From positions 3,236,497 to 3,268,496 of the forward strand of contig NC_003902.1 in the NCBI RefSeq assembly GCF_000007145.1: a stretch of DNA of 32,000 nucleotides. The letters run 5' to 3'. The position numbers and the translations under genes are program-made. The stretch comes from Xanthomonas campestris pv. campestris str. ATCC 33913 (GTDB lineage: Bacteria > Pseudomonadota > Gammaproteobacteria > Xanthomonadales > Xanthomonadaceae). The notes beneath the pieces are model-generated. The model worked only from the letters and a program-made list of their open reading frames with translations, ran no database searches and was not told where the DNA came from. Positions 25,438 through 32,000 of the stretch are shown here, in pieces. The first letter of the stretch is position 1. Each line of letters begins with the position of its first letter.

Positions 25438-26637
25438 ATGCGGCGCTTGCTGGGCATTGCCGGGCTGCTGATTGCCTTCGCCGCGGCAGTGCCGCAGGCA
25501 GACGCGCACAAGGTGCCTAGGCTTTCGCTTTCGCTTTCGCTGGCGCAGGTGCTGGACCAGTTGCGCCGCGACAGCGCCGCCGTGCCGGCCAGCGACCCCA
25601 TGCCGATCGACACGGTGATGAAGCGCTATGCCGATACCCACGGGCAAAGCTTCGACATCGCAAGCCCGGATCCGGAGGAAGACCCATCCGAGGCTGTGCC
25701 GCCCACGCAGCCGGCCGACGTCACCGATGCCGAGTGGCACGCGCTGCAGGCCTACGGCGCGCACACCACCAGCGAAGCAGACGATATCTCCGAGAACCGC
25801 AGCCACCACTACACCCTGATCGACCTGGACGAGGACGGCCAACGCGACCTGCTGGATGAGGCCTATGTCGGCGGCACTGGTTTGTTTACGCAGATCACGG
25901 TGCTGCAAGGCCATACCGATGGCTTCCGCGCCCCCACCGCCACGCCCACAGGTACGCCAGCGGATAGAGAAGCGGACGCTGGATTCAGCATCAACGGCCG
26001 CGGCGGCGACCAGGCGCTGTACTGGCTACGCATCGACGGACGCAGCTACGCGGCCTACCGCGACGGCGACTATTTCCAGGACACGCTGACTCTCTCGCGC
26101 CCGTTGTCGCCGCTGCCCGCCGAACGCCACCCAACCAAGGCACTGCAGATCCGCTATCGCTACCAGCACACGCTGGCGCCGCCGCGAAAAGATGCTGCCG
26201 AGCGCTTGCTAGAGGAACAGCAGGCGGACGACTGGCTGGCGCAACACCCGGCGATGCGTGCCGCGGTAGACACCCAGTTGCAGCACCTGCGCCTGGATGC
26301 ACAAGGCCGGCAGCGTTCGCCTGATCCGGAGGCACGCTGCCCGAGTCCCGCCGAAAGCAGCGACCCCGAGCTGGAGGCGCAATGGCCATGGCATGACGCC
26401 GGGCATTACACGTTCGACTTTGTCGCCAATCTTCGCGTGCGCCACGGCAGCGAGTGCTACAGCGCCAGCGTGGTGGCGTTCCGCAGCAGCTTTCAAAGCG
26501 CCAATACCGCGTGCTGCGTGCTGTGGCTCTACGAGGCGCCCGGCAACCAGGTTGCGAACCTGCCGCTACTGTCAAAGCGCACGCGCAGCGGCATTGCATT
26601 GATCACGGCAGCGCCTGTGGATGCCTCGCAAGACTGA
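25438..26637 (+). CDS. secreted hypothetical protein with a DxDxDGxxD calcium-loop-like motif
   Basis: The ORF opens at GTG 25363 (a 4-nt overlap with the tag stop). The ATG at 25438 gives a clean signal peptide MRRLLGIAGLLIAFAAAVPQADA. It contains an (LS)n stretch and IDLDEDGQRDLLD. No family was recognised. Confidence 0.6.
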   Translation: MRRLLGIAGLLIAFAAAVPQADAHKVPRLSLSLSLAQVLDQLRRDSAAVPASDPMPIDTVMKRYADTHGQSFDIASPDPEEDPSEAVPPTQPADVTDAEWHALQAYGAHTTSEADDISENRSHHYTLIDLDEDGQRDLLDEAYVGGTGLFTQITVLQGHTDGFRAPTATPTGTPADREADAGFSINGRGGDQALYWLRIDGRSYAAYRDGDYFQDTLTLSRPLSPLPAERHPTKALQIRYRYQHTLAPPRKDAAERLLEEQQADDWLAQHPAMRAAVDTQLQHLRLDAQGRQRSPDPEARCPSPAESSDPELEAQWPWHDAGHYTFDFVANLRVRHGSECYSASVVAFRSSFQSANTACCVLWLYEAPGNQVANLPLLSKRTRSGIALITAAPVDASQD

Positions 26638-26859
26638 CCGCACGTAGCGAGCCGCCAGCCAGACAGTGATGGCACCACAGTCGGGTGCTGGGTGCGCGCT
26701 CCATGCCCACTCCACGCACCGGCTGCGCCCACCTCGCGCGGCGCGATCCTTTCGAGAATGCCGCCCCGCTTATCCACTCGCACGCACCGGCGCACCAGAT
26801 GACGCGGCCTTGCCACAGCATCCACGACCACTGCACACCTGCCGCGGCATGGTCGGCAC

Positions 26860-27759
26860 ATGAGCATCCGCATCGGCATTTCGGGCTGGCGTTATGCACG
26901 CTGGCGCGGCACGTTCTACCCGACCGGCCTGGCCCAGCGGCGCGAGTTGGCCTATGCCGGGCGCTGTTTTCCCAGCGTGGAAATCAATGGCTCGTTTTAT
27001 TCGCTGCAACGCCCGGAGAGCTACCAGAGCTGGCATGACGAGACGCCGGACGACTTCGTCTTCGCGGTCAAAGGCCCGCGTTTTGTCACGCATATGAAGC
27101 GGCTGCGCGATTGCGAACAGGCGCTGGCCAACTTCTTTGCATCCGGCGTGCTGCGGCTGGGCGAGAAGCTGGGGCCGATCCTGTGGCAATTGCCGCCAAC
27201 CCTGCGCTTCGATGACGCGGTGTTGGATGCATTTCTCTCCAGCCTGCCGCGCGATACAGAGGCAGCACTCGCCCTGGCGCGCAAACGCGATACCACCTTG
27301 ATGCATGGGCGTACGGCCCTGAGCATCGATCGCAAGCGCCCGCTACGGCATGCGCTGGAGATGCGCCACCCCAGCTTCTGCGACCCGTCCTGCATGAAGC
27401 TGCTGCGCAAGCACAAGGTGGGCGTGGTGGTGGCCGATACCGCTGGCAAATTTCCGTATCTCGAAGATGTCACCGCTGACTTCGTCTACCTGCGGCTGCA
27501 TGGCGACGCGCAACTCTATGCCAGCGGCTACAGCGACCACGCCCTGGACCGCTGGGGCGAGCGGATTGCGGCCTGGGCTGCAGGCGGTGAGCCCTCCGAC
27601 GCCCAGCGTGTCGGGCCGCGCGCCAGCAAGCGCGCACGGCGCGACGTGTACTGCTACTTCGACAACGACATGAAGGTGCATGCACCGTTCGATGCGCGCG
27701 GCCTGATGCAGCGTTTGGACCTGCCCACCGACTGCCCGGCGCGCGAGGAGGTCGTGTAA
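26860..27759 (+). CDS. DUF72 (YecE-like) family protein
   Basis: 299 aa. IGISGWRYARWRGTFYP, FPSVEINGSFYSLQRPESYQSW and DDFVFAVKGPRFVTH match the DUF72 pattern. Confidence 0.85.
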   Translation: MSIRIGISGWRYARWRGTFYPTGLAQRRELAYAGRCFPSVEINGSFYSLQRPESYQSWHDETPDDFVFAVKGPRFVTHMKRLRDCEQALANFFASGVLRLGEKLGPILWQLPPTLRFDDAVLDAFLSSLPRDTEAALALARKRDTTLMHGRTALSIDRKRPLRHALEMRHPSFCDPSCMKLLRKHKVGVVVADTAGKFPYLEDVTADFVYLRLHGDAQLYASGYSDHALDRWGERIAAWAAGGEPSDAQRVGPRASKRARRDVYCYFDNDMKVHAPFDARGLMQRLDLPTDCPAREEVV

Positions 27760-27772
27760 CTCCGCTGCGCGC

Positions 27773-28489
27773 TCACACGCCCATATAGCGGTGCGGCCGG
27801 TGGTTGAACATCAGCACCAGGCTCAGCATCAGCGCGCCAATGGCCGAATACAGCACCTTGTCCGGCGTCAGCACGAAGAACGCGACCAGCATCAGCATCG
27901 CGTCGAAACTCATCTGCACCTTGCCCGCGCTCCAGCCGCGCTCGCGCTGCAGATACACCGCCAGGATGCCGATGCCGCCGAGGCTGCCGCGGTGGCGAAT
28001 GAAGAACAAAATGCCCAGCCCGGCCAGCGCACCGCCCACCACTGCCGCAAACAATGTGCTCATGTGCGCGTAGTCGGCCCAGCGCGGCAGCAGGTCGGTC
28101 AAGGCCCCGCAGGCGCCCACCGCGGCGAAGGTTTTCAGGGTGAATTCCCAGCCCATGCGGCGCACGCTCAACCAATAGAACGGCAGGTTGACCAGCACGA
28201 AGACCAGGCCGAAATTCCAGTGCAGCGCGTAGTGCAGCAGGAACGCCACCCCGGCCATGCCACCGATCATCAGGCCGCCCTTGGCAAAGATCGCCAGCCC
28301 CAGCGAGGCCACCAACGTGGCCAGCACCATGCCTTGCGCATCTTCGGCCACCGAGTGGTGATAGGCGTGGTCATCGGCGCTGGTACCGGCCGAATCCGGC
28401 GGCGGCGTCAGCGGGCCGGAGGTGAACACGGCGCCGTCGTCGGGCAACGGCTCTTGCTCCGGACGGAGATCGGAATCGGGAAGGCTCAC
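27773..28489 (-). CDS. YitT-family integral membrane protein
   Basis: 238 aa with a GTG start (no in-frame ATG precedes the conserved HSVAEDAQG...GGLMIGGMAGVAFLL block; GTG at 28429 is an alternative). There are 5-6 TM helices. It converges on the DUF72 gene with a 13-nt gap. Confidence 0.75.
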   Translation of the reverse strand: MSLPDSDLRPEQEPLPDDGAVFTSGPLTPPPDSAGTSADDHAYHHSVAEDAQGMVLATLVASLGLAIFAKGGLMIGGMAGVAFLLHYALHWNFGLVFVLVNLPFYWLSVRRMGWEFTLKTFAAVGACGALTDLLPRWADYAHMSTLFAAVVGGALAGLGILFFIRHRGSLGGIGILAVYLQRERGWSAGKVQMSFDAMLMLVAFFVLTPDKVLYSAIGALMLSLVLMFNHRPHRYMGV

Positions 28490-28726
28490 GGGTCTGGGAA
28501 CTGCGGTGGGGTGCGGATATTAGACACTATCGGCCACCCTGGTTACATCTGAAACGTCAGCCACCGATCACTGGTGGATGCATGGCTGCACTGGCTTGGC
28601 GCCCCACTGCACTCAATCGCCAGCGTTGGCTGCGAAGCACGACGCGCCCAGACTGACCGCAGCGCGTCGTTGGTACGCGCAGCGTTGGTCGCAACGCCGC
28701 CGCGTCATGAAGCGTGGCCGTGCGCC

Positions 28727-29857
28727 TTACCGAACCTCGGCAATCTCCACGCCATCGAGCCCCTGCGACAGCGTCTTGGCATCGCCGCCTTGCGAGAGCT
28801 TGATGCGCAGGCGCACCTCGTTCTGCGAGTCGGCGTAGCGCAGTGCGTCTTCGTAGCTGATCTCGCCCGCCTGGTACAGCTCGAACAGGCTCTGATCGAA
28901 GGTGCGCATGCCCAGGTTGGTGGACTCCTTCATGATCTCCTTGAGCTTGTGGATCTCGCCGTCGCGGATGTAGTCCTGCACCAGCGGCGTGCCCAGCATG
29001 ATCTCCATCGCCACGCGGCGGCCGCGGCCATCCGGGGTCGGGATCAACTGCTGCGCCACCACACCCTTGAGGTTGAGCGACAGGTCCATCAGCAGCTGAT
29101 TGCGGCGATCTTCCGGGAAGAAGTTGATGATGCGGTCCATCGCCTGGTTGGCGTTGTTGGCATGCAGCGTGCACAGCACCAGGTGACCGGTTTCGGCGAA
29201 GGCGATGGCATGGTCCATGCCTTCGCGGGTCCGCACTTCGCCGATCATGATCACGTCCGGCGCCTGGCGCAGGGTGTTTTTCAACGCATTTTCCCAGCTA
29301 TCGGTATCAATGCCGACTTCGCGCTGGGTGATGATGCAGCCCTCGTGCTTGTGCACGAATTCGATCGGGTCTTCGATGGTGATGATGTGCCCGGTGGAAT
29401 TCTGGTTGCGGTAGCCGATCATCGCCGCCAGCGAGGTCGACTTGCCGGTACCGGTAGCGCCGACAAAGATGATGATGCCGCGCTTGGTCATGGCCAGTGT
29501 CTTGATCACCGGCGGCAGGCTCAGCTCCTCCACGGTGGGAATGCGCGTCTCGATCCGACGCAGCACCATTCCCACCTGGTTGCGCTGATAGAAGCAGCTC
29601 ACACGGAACCGCCCCACCCCGGACACGCCGATGGCGAAGTTGCACTCGTGGGTCTTTTCGAATTCCTCGCGCTGCGAGGGCGTCATCACGTTCAACACCA
29701 GGTCGCGACTCTGCTGCGCGGTCAGCGGCGTCTGGGTGATCGGGCTGATCTTGCCATGCACCTTGATCGCCGGCGGCATGCCAGAGGTGATGAACAGATC
29801 CGACGCCTTCTGGTGCGCCATCAGCTTGAGGAAGGAGGTGAAGTCGATGGTGCTCAT
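28727..29857 (-). CDS. pilU: type IV pilus retraction ATPase PilU
   Basis: ORF 28727..29950 trimmed to the ATG at 29857 (MSTIDFTSFLKLMAHQKASDLFIT), with GAGGGAG upstream. Walker A GATGTGKST and Walker B-region IIMIGEVR. It lies immediately downstream of pilT. Confidence 0.9.
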   Translation of the reverse strand: MSTIDFTSFLKLMAHQKASDLFITSGMPPAIKVHGKISPITQTPLTAQQSRDLVLNVMTPSQREEFEKTHECNFAIGVSGVGRFRVSCFYQRNQVGMVLRRIETRIPTVEELSLPPVIKTLAMTKRGIIIFVGATGTGKSTSLAAMIGYRNQNSTGHIITIEDPIEFVHKHEGCIITQREVGIDTDSWENALKNTLRQAPDVIMIGEVRTREGMDHAIAFAETGHLVLCTLHANNANQAMDRIINFFPEDRRNQLLMDLSLNLKGVVAQQLIPTPDGRGRRVAMEIMLGTPLVQDYIRDGEIHKLKEIMKESTNLGMRTFDQSLFELYQAGEISYEDALRYADSQNEVRLRIKLSQGGDAKTLSQGLDGVEIAEVR

Positions 29858-29876
29858 GGCGTGCTCCCTCGGAGCA

Positions 29877-29976
29877 GGGAATAGGGAATCGAGAATCGGG
29901 AATTGGAGAAGCTGGAAACCGGGACCGGTCAGGGAAACGTGCTTTTGCAATTCCCCATTCCCGATTCCCTATTCCC
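29877..29976. repeat. inverted pair of GGGAATN heptamer blocks (29-nt arms, 42-nt spacer) filling the pilT-pilU spacer
   Basis: The left arm GGGAATAGGGAATCGAGAATCGGGAATTG (29877-29905) matches the reverse complement of the right arm CAATTCCCCATTCCCGATTCCCTATTCCC (29948-29976) at 27 of 29 positions. The right arm lies 3 nt downstream of the pilT stop codon and the left arm ends 19 nt before the pilU ATG (both in the minus-strand transcript). Confidence 0.85.
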
Positions 29977-29979
29977 GAG

Positions 29980-31017
29980 TCACTCGAATATCCGCTTGTC
30001 CTTGGCGTACTCGCGCGCCTGGTTGCGCGTGATCAGGCTGCGCTTGACCAGGTCCTGCAGATGCTGGTCAAGCGTCTGCATGCCGTATTGCTGGCCGGTC
30101 TGGATCGAGGAATACATCTGCGCCACCTTGTCCTCGCGGATCAGGTTGCGGATGGCCGGGGTGCCGACCATGATTTCCCATGCTGCGGTACGCCCGCCGC
30201 CCACTTTCTTGAGCAATGCCTGCGAAATCACCGCACGCAGCGATTCGGACAGCATCGAGCGCACCATCGGCTTTTCGCCGGCCGGGAACACGTCGATGAT
30301 GCGGTCGATGGTCTTGGCCGCCGAGCTGGTGTGCAGGGTGCCGAACACCAGATGGCCGGTTTCCGCGGCGGTCAGTGCCAGGCGGATGGTTTCCAGATCG
30401 CGCAACTCGCCGACCAGGATGATGTCCGGGTCTTCACGCAAGGCCGAACGCAGCGCCTCGTTGAAGCCGTGCGTGTCGCGGTGCACTTCGCGCTGGTTGA
30501 TCAGGCACTTCTGCGAGGTGTGCACGAATTCGATCGGATCCTCGACGGTGAGGATGTGGCCGTATTCGTTCTTGTTGATGTAGTCGATCATGCCGGCAAG
30601 CGTGGTCGACTTGCCCGACCCGGTCGGGCCGGTCACCAGGATCAGGCCCTGCGGCTGGTCGATCAACTGGCGAAAGATCGGCGGGCAGCCCAGGTCTTCC
30701 AGGGTCAGCACTTCGGAGGGAATGGTACGGAACACCGCACCGGCGCCACGGTTCTGATTGAACGCATTGACGCGGAAACGCGCCAGCGACGGAATCTCGA
30801 ACGAAAAGTCGACCTCGAGGAATTCCTCGTAATCGCGGCGCTGCTTGTCCGACATGATGTCGTAGACCAGCGCGTGCACCTGCTTATGGTCCAACGCCGG
30901 AATATTGATGCGGCGGACATCGCCATCGACACGGATCATCGGCGGCAAGCCTGCAGACAGGTGCAAGTCCGATGCCTTGTTCTTGACAGAAAACGCCAAT
31001 AGTTCAGCGATATCCAT
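29980..31017 (-). CDS. pilT: type IV pilus twitching-motility ATPase PilT
   Basis: 345 aa. MDIAELLAFSVKNKASDLHLSAGLPPMIRVDG, Walker A GPTGSGKST, and ILVGELRD and GHLVFGTLHT blocks. Confidence 0.95.
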   Translation of the reverse strand: MDIAELLAFSVKNKASDLHLSAGLPPMIRVDGDVRRINIPALDHKQVHALVYDIMSDKQRRDYEEFLEVDFSFEIPSLARFRVNAFNQNRGAGAVFRTIPSEVLTLEDLGCPPIFRQLIDQPQGLILVTGPTGSGKSTTLAGMIDYINKNEYGHILTVEDPIEFVHTSQKCLINQREVHRDTHGFNEALRSALREDPDIILVGELRDLETIRLALTAAETGHLVFGTLHTSSAAKTIDRIIDVFPAGEKPMVRSMLSESLRAVISQALLKKVGGGRTAAWEIMVGTPAIRNLIREDKVAQMYSSIQTGQQYGMQTLDQHLQDLVKRSLITRNQAREYAKDKRIFE

Positions 31018-31304
31018 GCGCTGCTTTTCCCCTAGGCTGCGATTGGAAGATACTCCCCGGCCGGCAGTATAGCGTTCTGGCAGCGCCCTGGAAGCGCGCC
31101 GTGCGTCGGTTCAGCCCGCCAGCATGAATGCCGATGGCCGGCGTTTCCGATGTCCGGGGCGGCGGTATCGTTTGCCGCAGCGCGCCTTTATCCACCCCAC
31201 CTCGCCGCGAGGAAGATCCGCCGCGCCCGGCGCGCACCGGCACAACTGGAAGGAAAGGCACGGGCGCGGCACTATGGCCGCCTTGCTTACCCGTTGGCTG
31301 ACCT

Positions 31305-31988
31305 GTGCCCGCTTCCTCGTTGCACCAGATGCTGGCCGCCATCCAGGCGGCAGCCCCTCCCAACGCCGCGCCCGCGCGCCTGCTGGCGGTGTCCAAGACC
31401 CAGCCGGCCGACGCCGTGGCCGGGTTAGCCGCGCAAGGCCAGCAGGCCTTCGGCGAGAACTATGTGCAGGAAGCGGCCACCAAGATCGCGCAGCTTCAAG
31501 CGCTGCAGCTGGAGTGGCACCTGATCGGCCACCTGCAATCCAACAAGGCCGACATGGCCAGCCAGTGTTTCGATTGGGTGCAGACCGTGGACCGCGCCAA
31601 GCTGATCGCACTGCTCGCCCGGCATCGCCCGGACGGCCGCGCGCCCTTGAATGTGCTGATCCAGGTCAATATCGACGATGAGGACAGCAAGCACGGCTGC
31701 GCGCCGGAGGCGATCGACGTCCTGGCCGCGGAGATTGCCACCCACCCCCCACTGCAGCTGCGCGGATTGATGGCGATTCCCGCGCCGTTTCCCGAGGTCA
31801 CGCGCCGGCACCAGGCATTCGCGCGCATGCAGGCCTTGTTCGCGACACTGCGCAGCCAGTATCCGCAGGCAGATACCTTGTCGATGGGCATGAGCGCGGA
31901 TTTCGCCGATGCCATTGCGGCCGGCGCCACCATGGTGCGCGTGGGCACGGCGCTATTTGGCCAGCGCAACGCGCCACCGGCCGCCTGA
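31305..31988 (+). CDS. yggS: YggS-family pyridoxal-phosphate homeostasis protein
   Basis: 227 aa. LLAVSKTQP (PLP lysine), FGENYVQE, WHLIGHLQSNK, LSMGMSADF and VRVGTALFG. The start is GTG at 31305 (ATG at 31329 would truncate the conserved N-terminal helix). It is divergent from pilT, as in other gammaproteobacteria. Confidence 0.9.
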   Translation: MPASSLHQMLAAIQAAAPPNAAPARLLAVSKTQPADAVAGLAAQGQQAFGENYVQEAATKIAQLQALQLEWHLIGHLQSNKADMASQCFDWVQTVDRAKLIALLARHRPDGRAPLNVLIQVNIDDEDSKHGCAPEAIDVLAAEIATHPPLQLRGLMAIPAPFPEVTRRHQAFARMQALFATLRSQYPQADTLSMGMSADFADAIAAGATMVRVGTALFGQRNAPPAA

Positions 31989-32000
31989 CACGTCGGCCGT

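Noticed and set aside
31236-31275. Sigma-54-like GGCAC...GCAC sequence upstream of yggS
   Set aside because: It lacks the TTGC -12 element and correct spacing. GGCAC is frequent by chance in this GC-rich DNA.

Overview
This is 32 kb of high-GC chromosome (hand counts of sample lines give about 65-70% GC). The gene content points to Xanthomonas or a close Xanthomonadaceae relative; this is inference, as no search was run. The supporting genes and elements are a fused aspartokinase/diaminopimelate decarboxylase, a MurD2-MurL pair, pilT-pilU, yqgE-ruvX-pyrB, a GTAG-type REP palindrome and GGGAATN heptamer repeats. I support 26 protein-coding genes, 2 gene remnants, several hairpin terminators and 3 repeat elements. 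I recognised no rRNA, tRNA, CRISPR array, transposase or integrase. Most of the window is housekeeping. The main accessory feature is a ~4.8 kb lower-GC (~52-57%) insertion at about 3327-8107, between a GGDEF sensor gene and ssb. It abuts a 5'-truncated histidine-kinase remnant on the left and carries a co-directional, tightly packed three-ORF cassette. The first ORF is 100 codons and has only the N-terminal motif of type I HsdR. The second is an 842-aa McrB-type AAA+ GTPase with two N-terminal reader-like domains and a ~190-aa domain inserted between Walker A and Walker B. The third is a McrC-type PD-(D/E)xK nuclease. This cassette is my best candidate for an uncharacterised defence-system variant. 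Four other points deserve a second look. (1) lysAC, a 152-aa membrane ORF, murL and murD2 form an overlapping-codon operon that links DAP/lysine metabolism to the L-Glu-ligase plus epimerase route to peptidoglycan D-Glu. (2) A 23-unit GGGAATT/GGGAATC heptamer array sits in the osmC upstream region and has strong G-quadruplex potential. (3) The same heptamer family forms 29-nt inverted arms that fill the pilT-pilU spacer. (4) The intergenic region at 18.9-19.3 kb is densely structured. Many long ORFs in the supplied track are antisense or shadow ORFs typical of high-GC DNA and were rejected.
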